The position numbers and the translations under genes were made by a program. 64,000 nt of DNA from Vicugna vicugna (lineage: Eukaryota), in the NCBI GenBank assembly GCA_013265495.1, contig MU057597.1, positions 272,563 to 336,562 of the forward strand, given 5' to 3'. The notes under the pieces are model-generated. The model was not told the DNA's origin. It saw only the letters and a list, made by a program, of their open reading frames with translations, and ran no database searches. Within the stretch, counting starts at the first letter, position 1, and each line of letters begins with the position of its first letter. Below, piece after piece: positions 38,112-52,279 of this stretch.

Positions 38112-38731
38112 NNNNNNNNNNNNNNNNNNNNNNNNNNNNNNNNNNNNNNNNNNNNNNNNNNNNNNNNNNNNNNNNNNNNNNNNNNNNNNNNNNNNNNNNN
38201 NNNNNNNNNNNNNNNNNNNNNNNNNNNNNNNNNNNNNNNNNNNNNNNNNNNNNNNNNNNNNNNNNNNNNNNNNNNNNNNNNNNNNNNNNNNNNNNNNNNN
38301 NNNNNNNNNNNNNNNNNNNNNNNNNNNNNNNNNNNNNNNNNNNNNNNNNNNNNNNNNNNNNNNNNNNNNNNNNNNNNNNNNNNNNNNNNNNNNNNNNNNN
38401 NNNNNNNNNNNNNNNNNNNNNNNNNNNNNNNNNNNNNNNNNNNNNNNNNNNNNNNNNNNNNNNNNNNNNNNNNNNNNNNNNNNNNNNNNNNNNNNNNNNN
38501 NNNNNNNNNNNNNNNNNNNNNNNNNNNNNNNNNNNNNNNNNNNNNNNNNNNNNNNNNNNNNNNNNNNNNNNNNNNNNNNNNNNNNNNNNNNNNNNNNNNN
38601 NNNNNNNNNNNNNNNNNNNNNNNNNNNNNNNNNNNNNNNNNNNNNNNNNNNNNNNNNNNNNNNNNNNNNNNNNNNNNNNNNNNNNNNNNNNNNNNNNNNN
38701 NNNNNNNNNNNNNNNNNNNNNNNNNNNNNNN
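38112..38731. other. Assembly gap (620 N) just upstream of the gene B promoter
   Basis: Run of n. Confidence 1.
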
Positions 38732-39500
38732 CCCCGGCGCTCCCGGCTCCGACCTTGGCTCCCTCCTCGCCCCGCCCCCCGCCCCCAGCGCTCCGCCCAG
38801 GCTCCGCCCCCGGCCGTCCCGCCTCCTCACCCCGCGCACGCGCGGTTTCCTAGGAACCCGGAAACGGAAAGCTTGGAACCAGGCTCGTGCTGCAGAGCGT
38901 AAGTTTCTCTTTTCTACCTTAAATCTGCACTTCGCAGACACTTTACTCCATCATCAGAGTCTTGGAGTTACTGCAGACTTTAAATTCCCACTCCCGCCCC
39001 TCCGCCTAAAGTTAATCCAGAAGACACTGTTCAGATCGGGGATCGTTCCTTCTGGAGCATTAAATTTCCCGGACATCGGTCCCGGAGCCCTTGGCTTTTC
39101 TCCCTTTGGTCTGCGAAGACACCGCCTTTCGCAACTTTTTCTTTCTCGAAACCCCTTGCCACCTCCGCCCCGCCATGTAACGTCCCCTTCGGCGAGGTGG
39201 ACTCGCGCCCCCAGCCTCGCCCTCTCGGCCCCTGGAGGGCGGCGCCGGTCGCCCCGCTCCCGTGAGGCCGCGTCCGCTCCCGGGTCCCGGGATTCTGGGG
39301 AGCCCGGCCCTCTCCTGAGACCCCATCCCTCCCAGCCCTTCTGTCCTCGCGTCCTCCTCAGGCCGGTCCTTCTGCTCCGCGGGCCTCCCCTTCGTAGTCA
39401 GCCCTTCCCCCACCCCGCGAAGGGGGAGGTGACCGGGGTCAGCCTCGTGACCCCGCAGTATTGTTATGTTCCAAATTCCATCCCGTTGGAAAACGGCCTA
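38732..39500 (+). promoter_or_regulatory. CpG-island promoter, non-coding exon 1 (donor after 38898) and intron-1 start of gene B
   Basis: GC boxes, NRF1-like cgcgcacgcgcg, tandem ETS ccggaaacggaaa, donor GC|GTAAGT at 38899; inverted paralog of 29105-29950. Confidence 0.8.
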
Positions 39501-40344
39501 TTCCTTTTGGAGGGCACCTTATTTTGTCTCCATCCCTGTAAATACGTGGGCGAGGTGGGTCGGGAGAAGCAGAGACAGAAAGCGACTGAGAGAAAAATAG
39601 AAACACTGAGAAGGAGGAAGGATGAGGGAGAACCAAAGGGAATGTAGAGGATGGCTGAGGATCTTGCAGAGACAGTGAAATGAGAGAGTGTAAGCCTTAA
39701 AGGTAGCAGGTAGGTAAAATAGAGAAGTGAATAAAAAAAAAAAAAAGCCGATCCCCAGGGATTGGAGAGAAACGGGGAACGGGGCCCTGGATCAGCGGTG
39801 GGAGGCGGTGTAAAAGTTGTGAAGTACTTCACACAGAGAGTGGGGGCGAGGAGGATTAAAGAGGTGGAACCGTGGCCTTGAGAGTATCATGGTGCTGGGA
39901 GAGAAGGAGAGGAAAGGAAGCATAGGCACCTGGGGTGCCAGAGGGTGGGGGGGAAGGGAGGGAAAGGGGGAGACAAAGGGTGTAACTCGGAGGGCAGGGG
40001 GCAGCAGTGATGGGGGAAGAAATGCATGGAGATTTAGGACAATCAGAAAAGTTGGGGAGAAAGAGCAACAAGAGGGGCACAGATTGCAGAGTGGGGCAGG
40101 ACAGGAGTGAGGGAAGACATAGAGGGGAGGGCAGATACAGAAGGAGAGTGGAGGGGAACAAAAAGAAAGAGAAGTAGGGAAAGAGATAAACAGAATGAAA
40201 TTGAAACACAACAGTGCAGGTAGAGGGGGAAACTGGATGCAGATGGGTGGTGAATTGTTTGGATGTAGATGATTATGTTGTGGTATATAATTTGTGCCTT
40301 TAGAATTTAATACACTTAAAGTTTATTAGCTTCATTAGGCTTTA

Positions 40345-40787
40345 ATAGGGATGTGTGATCTGAAGAAAGTGTGAGAGGACCTAGAGATTGTCATACTAAG
40401 TGAAGTAAGTTAGACAGAAAAACAAATATATATCACTTATATGTGGAATCTAAAAAAAGACATAAGTGAACTTATTTACAAAACAAACTCACAGATACAG
40501 AAAACAAACTTACGGTTACAGTGGGAAGGGGAAAGGGAGGGATAAATTAAGGAGTTTGGGATTAAGGTAACACACTACTATGTATAAAATAGATAAACAA
40601 CAAGGACCTATTATATAACAGAGGGAATGATATTCAGTGTCTTGTAGTAAGCTATTTAGGAAGATAATCTGAAAAAGAATGTGTATATATATAGTTTTAT
40701 GTACATATATAAAATTGAATCACTTTGTTGTACATCTGAAACTAACAGAACATTGTAAATCAACTATACTTCAATTAAAAAAAAAAC
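40345..40787 (+). mobile_element. 5'-truncated LINE-1 3' end
   Basis: catactaagtgaagtaag ... aacattgtaaatcaactatacttcaattaaaaaaaaaa. Confidence 0.85.
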
Positions 40788-41014
40788 CTACACTCTGATA
40801 CTCAAAGCTCTGTCATGCAATGAAGAAAAGAATAGAGTGTGGGAAAACTTAACTTGTTTGTCTCATTGTAGGGGTTTACTGTCCTGAATCCCTCCTGTGT
40901 ACAGGAAAGGGGAATGTTGATCTAAGCACTAAACAGCATCTCTTCAACTTTCAAGACTGGCTGTTAAAGACTCAGCCTGAGGAAGAAGCCTGGAAGAGGA
41001 GAGAGGAGTGAGGA

Positions 41015-41029
41015 ATGGCTCTGTCTCAG
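41015..41029 (+). CDS. Gene B start-codon exon, coding part MALSQ (exon probably 40956-41029)
   Basis: ATG GCT CTG TCT CAG|GTAAAG, phase 0; homologous to the start exons of genes A and C. Confidence 0.85.
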
Positions 41030-43544
41030 GTAAAGTCATACTCTCAGTTGATTCTCACTGTGTCCTTCCTGACATGTCCTTCTTTGGACTCACTAATCTT
41101 TGCTAACTTTGAAGTATCCTTCCTGACACCTGTACATTCACAGTCACCCAGGACACTCCCTCAGTGCCTGTCCTCCCCACTTAGATTCCATCCCCGGGAC
41201 CCCAGGACTTGGAACTTGTGAAGAGTCTCCCTGGGCATTGTCCTGGGCAGGCTTCACACCCATGGATTGGAGATGCGGAGTCAGTGCTGTTGGACATCAG
41301 GGATTTAGTTTAGGGGCCCATCTGGGTGCGCTGTCTGCTGAAAAGATCCTGCCCTTGGAAGTCAGGTAATAGTATGCTCAAATCCTGGTAAATTTCAGAA
41401 ACAGACCAATAACGGGAAACATATTCTGACTTTTTATCCTGCATTTGAAGTTAAATGTGTCACTGATTTCCAAATCTTAATGATTAGAAATGAAATGGAA
41501 AGTTCAGAAAGAGAAATCACTGATAGAGCGTTTTATTCCATCATTGCTTTCAAACTGTGAAATCAGCCTAAATCTCTGACACATGGAAATTCCTATACCA
41601 TTTTCCTCACCTCCACTGCTTGGAGGTTACTTTTTCACTGTGTTGATTGCTCCCTTTGACACTGACAGTTTCTCAATTTGATGTAGGTAAGATTCCAGCT
41701 TTGTTCTTTTGCTGGTTGATACCCAGTTTCCCAGCACCATTTGTCACTGAGATTCTTTTTTCTATTGTATGATCTCGGCACCATTGTCAATACATTTTAC
41801 ATATATGCAAAATTATTTCCAAGCATTCTAATCTGCTCCATTGCTTTATTTATTATTATTATTTTTTAATGGAGGTACTGGGGATTGAACCCAGGACCTC
41901 ATGCATGCTAAGCATGTGCTCTATGACTGAGCTATACCCACTCTCTAAAACAAGTTGTACACTTTTTTTCTAGGGAGCTATTTCTTTTTTCAGGGTGGGG
42001 GAGGTAGTTAGGCTTATTTATTTATTTATTTATTTCATGGAGATACTGGGGATTGAAACCAGGACCTCATGCATGTTAAGCATGTCCTCTACCACTGAGC
42101 TGTACTCACCCCTCTGAGTGTTTCCTTCTGATCATAATGTTTGGTGAAATATTCTTGCTTAAATAACAATGTATTTTTTTCATATTCTTTTTTATCAGTA
42201 TTTTTAATTTTCCAATAAGTTTTTAACTTTTAATAGTATAGATTTTTTTCTTAATCTGTTAAACTCATGTGTAATATAATAACTTCTAATTTTGAAACCA
42301 TGTTATATGAGTGGAATACACAAATAAACTGTTTTGCATTGTCAATACCTACCTATGTAAATTTTAGTGTTTAAATTGTATTTATATTTTTGAATCTAGG
42401 TATTCTATAGATATAGCAGTTAAAGTATTCTATTTGTCTTTTTATGTTTGTACCATTTTTCTTTTACAAGACTGCTATAGACTAGTGTTGACTAAATTAA
42501 GTGAAGTTAATAACTTTTCATTGTCTGAAAAGGCTGAAATACATGTGGATAAAAATGATAGTGAAAAATGTTATCCAAAAATATGTCCATAGACAACTCC
42601 CATCTTTTAAGTTAGTTGTGTATTGACACGGGTTTGCATGAGGGCATCGAAGTGTAAGCCCTTGGTTTTGTTAAAGACATAATAATTTCAAAACTATCTT
42701 TTTGCAGTTGAAATATATCTTAAATATATTTCCTGACCCTGAATTTTTTCCGCACTATCGTGTGAATGATTTAAATATAATTACTAACATTTAAAAAATT
42801 TTAGAATTTATTTGTATTATTTTTAAAATTAATCTTTTTGTGAAGGGAGCTAATTAGGTTTGTACATCTAATTATTTAATGGAGGTCCCAGGACCTCAGG
42901 CATGGTAGGCATGCACTCTACCATTGAGCTATACCCTTCCCTCTTGTCAGTATACTTTAAATACTCTATTACCAAACTGATTCTTCACTTATGATTCCAG
43001 AGCCCAACCCCGTGAGTTCTGGTGCTTGCTGTGTCTTTTAGTTTCTTGACCTAAGTGTCTCCGAGTGTGTCTGACATGGCTGTCTTCTCTGTAAGATGGG
43101 AATAGATCATTCTCTAATGAGCTATTATGTGGAAAACAAGTTCATACATGTAAAGAATTTATTTAGAATGACATTTAGCACTTGGAAGTGTTCCAACACT
43201 TTTAGTCTTTGCTCTTGTTACCATTAGCATAATTTAAGGTCCTAACCTTTCCGTGAAGCCACTGTAGACTTTGTCATGTCTGAAGACGCCACTCAGCCTA
43301 TAGTCGCTCTGGATATTGCATATTACTCAGTGTGTGGAATGTAGTATCTACCACTTCTGCATAGACAACCCGTGGTTGAATTTTATTTGTATGTTTTTCT
43401 TGTGTTGTCCACAAATATGAGAAGTCCACATTGATTGGAGGGTATTTTAATCTCTATGAAAAGGCATAAAAAGCCAAAATTATAGACACATAATTTGCTC
43501 CAAATACCTTTACATGAATCTGTCTGAACACATACCTCAGTTAA

Positions 43545-43883
<339 letters not shown>

Positions 43884-44224
43884 TGAAAAGCTTCATCCTG
43901 TGGTATCACTAGTTTAAACTTACGTTTTCTTCAAATGTTCTCCCCTTTTCATGACATTCAGGGGTTCCAGAGCTCAAGTATTTGTAAGGCTCAATGGCGT
44001 ACTTTCAAATTACCTAGTTCCCTATTTCCTGCCCCTGTGCTTTTGACTCACTACTTCTTGGAAGAGAGCTAGATGTTCTTCCCTCTGTGTTCAGAAGGAG
44101 GCAGGCAGTGGATGAGTTTGTGAAACATTTTCCAGGCCCACCTGTAATGTCCTCACTCCTCAGATGAACAAAGAGCTGGGATTCTGGAAAAGCCACAGCA
44201 CTTAACATTTCTTCTGATAAGCAG

Positions 44225-44494
44225 GATTTTTTTGTTGTAAAGACAGGGAGGTAATTAGCTTTAATTAATTAATTTTTGTTTTTTCATGGAGGTCCTGTGG
44301 ACTGAAGCCTGGACCTCACTCGTGCTGAGCACGTGCTCTACCACGGAGCTATGCCCTCCATCCTTAGAATTTCTTTTTTTGATCTGAATATTACTTGCAT
44401 TTTGGAGCAAGAGGAAGAGCCCTAGATTGTGAAGAGCGATATGATCATAGTAGGAAACTGGGTGGGTGGGAATGTATGGAAAGTGTGAACACAG
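44225..44494 (+). pseudogene. Gene B KRAB-B pseudo-exon
   Basis: Acceptor aagcag at 44219-44224, antisense SINE ~44230-44365, then ISFFDLNITCILEQEEEP* (TAG 44423-44425 where Trp is expected), a further 1-bp slip, donor ACAG|GTCAGG. Confidence 0.85.
44230..44365 (-). mobile_element. vic-1-like SINE inserted at the start of the KRAB-B exon of gene B
   Basis: Reverse SINE (gtgctctaccacggagctatgccctcc; ggaggtaattag) between the acceptor and the exon body. Confidence 0.85.
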
Positions 44495-44929
44495 GTCAGG
44501 TCTCAGAAGGGCAGAGAGGAAGTGGCAGAGTTAGTAGTCTTTGGGAAAGTCTGCCCAAGTGAGAGGGTTCTTTGAGAAAACAGAAGTTTGTTTAGTGTGA
44601 ACTCTCAGGGGAAATTTTTCTTCTCATTAACTCATCACTCTGTCCTTCATATGTAAAATGTATTCTTTCACCCTCCAGTGGTGCTGCGGCTCCACCAGAG
44701 ACAAATAAACAGTCTTTGTCATGATCTACAACACTCTGCCCTCTGCCTCCTGTGAGCTTGTTGCTCGACTTTGAGGAGCATGATGTGGGCTGTATTATCC
44801 GGGTCTCTTGCCCCCTCCTCTCTCTTTCTGGACTTGACTCCTTTGGGTGCTCAGTTCTCAGTCCCTGTAGATAAAAGTTGATGCCTCCAGACTCCAATCC
44901 CTGAGCCTTTCTTGGTTCTGTCCCCATTG

Positions 44930-47900
44930 ATGTTGTGCATTTAATCTGTTCTTACTTTGTGGTCTGTACTTCTGGTGTTAACGTCTGATAAACCATTGGT
45001 GAATGCAATGTCAGGAAACTTTGCCTGTATGTTTACTTCTAGGAGTTTGATGCTTTTAGGTCTTAGGATTACATCCTTAATCCATTTTGAGTTACTTTCA
45101 TATGTAGTGTAAGATAATGTTCCAGCTAAATTCTTTTGTATGCCGTTATCCAGTTTTCTCAACAACTTCTGCTTAGTAGACTGCCCTTCCCCCACTGAGT
45201 GGTCCTGACAACCTAGTGGAATAGCATTACGCCATGTACACAAGAGTTTGTTTCTGACATCTCTGCTGTATTCCACTGGCCTCTCTGTCTTTATGCCAGT
45301 ACCACACTGCTTTGATTAGTGTAGCTTTAGCATAAGCTTTGAAGTAAAGACATGTCAGACTTCCATCTTTTTTATTTTCTAGCTTGTTTTCTATTCAGGG
45401 TCTCTTGAGATCCCATTACAAATCATAGGATGGATTTTTTTTTGTATATATACATTTATTTATTGAAGCATAGTCAGTTTACAATGTTGTGTCAATTTCT
45501 AGTGTACAGCACAATGCTTCAGTCATACATGAATATTTGTTTTCCTATTCTTTTTGACCAGAAGTTAATACAAGATATTGAATATAGATCCCTGTGCTGT
45601 ACAGTATAAACTTGTTTATTGGATTTTGTGATAATCCTGCTGTATTTTGAATCAAAGACACTCTGCCAGAGTTCAGTAGGTGTTCTATGTGATTCAGTGG
45701 GTTTGTAGATGTAATTCTTGGCATATTTATGGGATAGGGCAAGCTATGAGTCTCTCTACCCCACCAGCTTGGCACCTCCTTTTCTTTTTTTTAGCAGAGG
45801 TACTGGGGATTGAACCTAGGACCTGGTGTATGCCAAGTGTGCACTCTACCACTGAGCTATTCCCATCTCCCCCAAGGATGGATTTATCTGTTTCTTAAAG
45901 ACACACTATTGGAATTTTATTAGGGATTGGATTGAAACTGTTGATCATTCTAGGTAGTATTGACAGCTTGATAGTATTATCTTCCCTTCCAAGAACTTGG
46001 GATATATTTGCATTCATTTGTGTTGTTCGTAATATTTTTCAACAGCTATTTTAGTTTACAGTGTGCATGTATTTTCCTCTGTGTATAAGGCGATGCCTAA
46101 GTATTTCTTTCGTTTTTAATGCTTCTATAAGTGGAATTGTTTTCTCAATTTCTTTTCTAATTGTTCATTGTTGATCTATAGAAATGCAGTGATTTTTGCA
46201 TGCTGATTTTATATCATTTCAAAATTCATTAATTATTTCTAACTGGTTTTATTGTGGAATCTTCAAGGTTTTCTACATATTAAATTATGTAGGTTGTAAA
46301 CAGATAATTTTGATTTGTTTTTCTGTTTGGATACCTTTTATTTCTTTGTTCGTTTTGTTTTTTTTGAAGGGGAGGCTATTAGGGTTATTTATTTATTAAT
46401 TTTTTTTCAGTGGAGGTACTGGGGATTGAAACCAGGCCCTCGTGCATGCTAATAAGCACATGCTCTACCACTGAGCTCTCCACCTCTCAGCCCCCTAAAA
46501 GGTGCTGCCTTGGGAGCCTTTTTTCTTTTTTTTTAAAAAATCTTAATGGAGATAATGGGGATAAAACCCAGGACCTTGTGCATGCTAAGCATGTGCTCTG
46601 CCACTGAGCTATTACTCTTGAATGGTTTTTGATTAGACATTCAATCTCCTTACAGGTTACAGGTTTTTAAAATTGTTTTTAATTAAAAAAAATTTTTTTA
46701 CTGAAGTGTAGTTGATTTACAATGTTATGTTAGTTTCAGGTGTATAGTGAAGTGATTCAATTATGTGTGTATGTGTGTGTATATATATATTTCTTTATCA
46801 GATTCTTTTCCATTATAGGTTAATTCAAGATATTGAATATGGTTCCCTGTGCTATACAGTTGCTTATCTATTTTATATATAGTAGTGTGTGTCTGCTAAT
46901 TCGAAACTCCTAATTTATTACCCACAACTTCCTCTTTGATAACTGTAAGATTGTTTTCTATGTCTGTGAGACTGTTTCTGCTTTGTAAATAAGTTCATTT
47001 TTATCATTCTTTTAGATTCCACATATCAATGATGTTATATATTTTTATTTCTCTGTCTGAATTACTTCACTTAGTATGATAATCTCGAAGTCTGTCCACA
47101 TTGCTGCAAATGGCATTATTTCATTCTCTTGTGGCTGAGTAATAGTCCATTGTATGGATGTATGTGTGTGCACACACACACCACATAGTCTATATCCATT
47201 TGTCTGTGGATGGACATTTGTGCTATTTCCTGGATCATATGGTAACTATACTTTAACTTTTTAGGGAACCTCCATAATGTTTTCCATAGTGGCTACACCA
47301 ATTTACATTCCCACCAGCAGTGTAGGAGGGTTCCCTTTCTTCCACACCCTCTCCAGAATTTATTATTTGTAGACTTTTTGATGATGGCTATTCTGACAGT
47401 TGTGAAGTGATACTTCACTGTAGTTTTGATTTGCATTTCTCTAATAATTAGTAATGTTGAACGTCTTTTCTTGTGCCTCTTGGCCATCTGTATAACTTCT
47501 TTGAAGAAATGTGTCTTTAGGTCTTCTGCCCATTTTTTTGATAGGGTTTGTTTTTTTGATACTGAACTGTATGAACTGTTTGTATATTTTGGAAATTGAG
47601 CCATTGTTAGTTGCATTGTTTGCAACTGGGTTGTCTTTCCATTTTGTTTATGGTTTCATTTGCTGTTCAAAAGTTTTTAAATTTGATTAGGTCTCATTTG
47701 GGTTTTTTTTCTTTTATTTCTTTTGCCTTGGGAGACTGACCTTAGAAAATATTGTTATAATTTATATAAGAGAATTTCTTGTTCTACTCTATGAGTTTTA
47801 TGTTGTCATATCTTATATTTAAGTCTTTAAGCCATGTTGAGTTTATTTTTATGTAAGGTGTGAGGGACTGTTCTAATTTCATTGGTTTACATGCAGCTGT

Positions 47901-48419
47901 CCAGCTTTCCTGCCACCACTTATTGAAGAGACTGTCTTTTCTCTACTGTATATTCTTGCCTCTTTTGTCGAAGAATAATTGACTGTAGCTGTGTGGGTTT
48001 ATTTCTGGGCACTCTGTTCTGTTGATCCATGTATCTGGTTTTGTGCCAATATCATGCTGTTTTGATTACTATAGGTTTGTTGTATTATCTGAAGTCTGGG
48101 AGGAATATGCCCCCAGGTTTGTCCTTTTTCCTCAATATTGCCTTGGTATTTCTGGATCTTTTGAGGTTTTAGATGAATTTTAGGATTATTTGTTCTAGTT
48201 TGTGAAAAATATCATGGGTAATTTAATAGGGATCATTTTAAATTTGTAGCTTGCTTTGGGTAGTATGGCCATTTTAGTCATATTAATTCTTCCAATACAT
48301 GAGCATAGGATAACTTTCCATTTCTTTGAATTATCTTCAATTTTCTTTATCAGTGTTTTATAGTTTTCAGAGTGTAAGTCTTTCACTTCCTTGCTCAGGT
48401 TTCTTCCTAGGTTTTGTGT

Positions 48420-48457
<38 letters not shown>

Positions 48458-50075
48458 CAGAATTTAAATAGAGATTGTTTTTTTAAATTTCCTCTTTCTG
48501 ATATTTTATTGTTAGTGTAAAGAAATGCAACCGATTGCTGTATATTAATCTTATGTCCTGCTATCTTGCTGAATTCATTTATCAGTTCTAAGAGTTTTTT
48601 AATGGAGTTTTTAGGGTTTTCTACGTAGACTGTCTTGCCATCTGCACATAATGACAATTTTACCATTTCCCTTCCAATTTGGATATGCTTTATTTCTTTT
48701 TCTTTGCTTATTGCTGTGGCTAGGATTCCAATACTATTGTGAATTGAAATGCTGAGAGTGGGCTTCTTGTCTTGTTCCAGGTTTCAGCTGGAAGCCTTTC
48801 AGCTTTTCATCGAGTGTTATTTTAGCTGTGGGCTTGCCCTAAATGGCTTTTAATATATTGAGATGTGTTACAGGTTTGCTCAGTTATTTTATTTTTTCAT
48901 GACTCAGTGTTGGTGGGTTGTGTTTCTGTAGGAATGTATCTATTTCTTATAGGTTTTTCTGTATTTAGGCACATAGTTTCTCAGTCTTCTTTTCTAATTT
49001 TTTGAATTTCAGTAGAAGTAGTTGTAATCTGTTGTAATGTCCCCTTTTTCATTCCTGATTCTAGTAATTTTGAGTCTTCTCTCTCTTTTTTGTTTTTGTT
49101 GTTGTTGTTGTTAGTTAATGTAGATAAGAGCTTGTCAAAGAAGTAACTTGGAATCTTGTGACTTTCTGTAGTTTTTATTGTCTATTTCATTTGTTGCTAA
49201 TGTAATTGTTTTTGCTATCTTCTGCTAGCTTAGGTTTATTTTGTTCTAAGATCTGCTTCCTTTTGTTCTTTTCCTTTTTGAAAATTGTTTTATAGACATG
49301 GTAAACCAGGACCTCTTTTTTTGTACTTATTTATATTTGCACTCTCCCTGATTTATTGACATTTAATTAATCTATATCATTGTGTAAGTTTAAAGTGTAC
49401 AAGGTGATGATCTGATATATATTTGTATTGCAAAATGAGTATTTCAGTAGTTTCTTATCAGTTTTATTAATCACATAATTACAGTTCTTGTGTGTATGGT
49501 GAGAACATGTAAGTTTTACTGTCTTAATAACTTTAAAGTATGTGACACAATATGGATAATTGTAATTACCATGCTGTACATTAGATTCCTAGAACTTCTT
49601 CAACTTCCAACTGGAAGTTTATTCCTTCGACTAATATCTCCCCATTCTCCCAACCCCTACGCCCTGGTAATCACTATTCCACTTTCTCTTTCTATTAGTT
49701 TTACTCTTTTTCTGTTCACTTTTGAAGTTATTTTTCGCATGTATATGAGGTCATGTAGTATTAGTATTTTTCTCTGAATTATTTTACTGAGCATGTAACC
49801 TCAGTGTCCATTCATGTTGGTACAAATAGTAAGACTTACTTCTTTTTATGGCTGAATGATATTATATTGTATATATCTTTAAAAGACTTCTTTTGTCCAT
49901 TCACGCCATAGACATTTAGGTTGTTTCCATGCCTTGGCTATTGTGAGTACTGCTGTCATGAACATGGGAGTCCAGGTATCTCTTTAAGACAGTGAATTCA
50001 GTGTTACATATCCGAAAGTGGAATTGCTTCATTGTGTGATAGTTTTTTTTTTTAAATTTTTTGGAAGCTTTATGC
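44930..50075 (-). mobile_element. Mosaic of nested LINE-1 fragments and SINEs in the last intron of gene B
   Basis: Minus-strand ORF pieces translate as L1 ORF2 ([48 protein letters not shown]). Confidence 0.9.
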
Positions 50076-52279
50076 TTTTCTATTTCTTTTTATATGCACG
50101 TGTGTGTACAGACTAAACCCCTCAATCTTTTTTTGATGGTTTCTTACTGATTTTTTTATTCTCGTTTCTGCTAATAACATTCTTACCCAGTCTCCTGGAA
50201 TGTCACGTATGTTCTTTTCAATATATGCATGGAAATGGGATGTATTGAAAATTCAGTTTGATGCCTTAAATAGAAAGTTGTGTAATAGATGCAAACCTGC
50301 TTTATTTCTACACTATCCCATTTTCTCCATTTTAAAATCTCTTCCATTTCCCTGTCATACACATGATGTAATTCCCATAGTTAAAATGGGCCAGTGTCAT
50401 GCTACTTGCTAAACCAGTTCTTTTCTCTCAAGATCAATATCTTAGCTGCGGGCGTGAATGATGCAGTTACAGTCACATAGATGCGCAGTCCCAGGCTGTG
50501 CTCCCACGTGTGCATGTGCCCTGTGCTCCTCTCAGACCCTCTCTCCTTCCTGACCTTTCCTCACATGGTACCTGGATATGGATGGTTATTTGTTAGCACT
50601 TTTAATTTGTTCTCCTGAACTTCCCAGATTCCACAGCCCTCCCTCAGCCATCCCTCCACCTTCCACATGACTCACACTGTAAAATGACCCCTCTTCTTCC
50701 ATTGAACACCTTTCTCAGGATGCTACCAAAATCACTATGTGTGGTTGTGATGACTCAGAGACTATTTCCAGGATGGACAGCTGAATAACATTACTAGTTT
50801 ACAAAGCTCACTTCTTGCTTCTGCCTTGAAGTTTTCTTCCTAAACACCTTGAGTTTGTTGTATTATTTTATAATCTGTCCTGCCTGGGTGGGCAGTTATG
50901 CTTTAGAGTATGTGTCACAGTTTGTAGATTTAAGTTCAAATCCTGGTTCTCTCACTAGTTTCTGTGTCACTTGGAGTCATGGGCATGAACCTGTGAGTCT
51001 ACTGGCCTGATTTGAAAAATCATAGTCATTTACCTCAAACCTTTTAAAACAAATTAGTGCTGTCACATGGGTTAGAATCTTGCCTGTTTTATAGTAAAGA
51101 TTGGAAAGTTACTTTCTATAAGTAGTTGTACTGATATCTGTCATGTTTATTCTGATATCACTTTGCATACATCATATCTTGTATGCTTTTCATTTGCAAT
51201 TTGTTCTAAACAACATTGTGTCTGACCCTAGGTAATCAATTTACACATTCCTCACTCTTTATTACATATATTGTGGAGTCAATGAACTAGAGAGTTTAAG
51301 TGCTCTGTGTAGGAAGGGAATTGCTCTATTTATTGGCTGTTAGATAACTGGAGAGTATTTCATTTATTAATATTTGATTGTGATTTATATATGATGGTTT
51401 TTCAGTGTTTATTATAGAATACAACTGACATGCACCATGTGTTAACACTGTAAAATGCATATTCTTCGTGGGTATGTAGGTTTGTGTTTGTTTTTTTTGC
51501 TTGTTTTTTAATTGAAGTAGTCAGTTTACAATGTTGTGTCAGTTTCTGGTGTAAATAGCAGATATTTAGAATAAACATTTTTTTGACTGCGTTACCAAGT
51601 TCTTCATTTTCTCTGTTCTATTTCTTTTGCAATTCTACATTGCCAGTTATTTAAATTATTCACTAGATAAGCTTCTTTCAGATTATGTTCCATATTAATA
51701 TGTTGTGTGTTTTTAGCATTTATTTATGTGCAGTAGAGTGCAGATGTATGTATAGGGTAATATTTTTAGTCTCCTTAATTATGAGACAACAGTATCTTTA
51801 CTGTTAATCGGTATGTGTTTTGGGGTCATGATGGAAAAATACTCTTTCTCTGAGAGCTTAAAAGCTTGTCTAAGAGGGAAGGGTGTAGCACAAGTGGTAG
51901 AGCACATGCTTAACATACACAAAGTCCTGGGTTCAATCCTCAGTACCCTCTCTAAAAATAAATAAATAAATAAGAAACCTAATTACCTCCCCACTAAGAA
52001 AATGGAAAAAAAAAAGTTTGTCTAATGTGAAAGTTATTGTCGCAGGGTGTTTGAACTAGGCTTCCCTAATGTTAATTTGAATGACACATAATTGCTCTTC
52101 CTTTAGTAAAGAATCCTATTCCTTTAGTGTTCCTAAAAAATTTAAGGTCCTGATTGGGAAATTTCATAACCTTGTTGGGAATAAATATTACTATTGGTTT
52201 AATAACATATATTCAACGTCAAACTTTTATTCATGAATTGTAATGATTAGGACACCTATGGTTTTTTTGTATCTTTTAG

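Noticed and set aside
38053..39647. Long ORFs of 266-524 aa
   Set aside because: They run through the 620-N gap and GC-rich promoter sequence; artefacts
47293..48666. L1 ORF2-like ORFs as an active element
   Set aside because: Fragmented by stops, frameshifts and a (TG)n insertion; no ORF1 or 5' UTR seen
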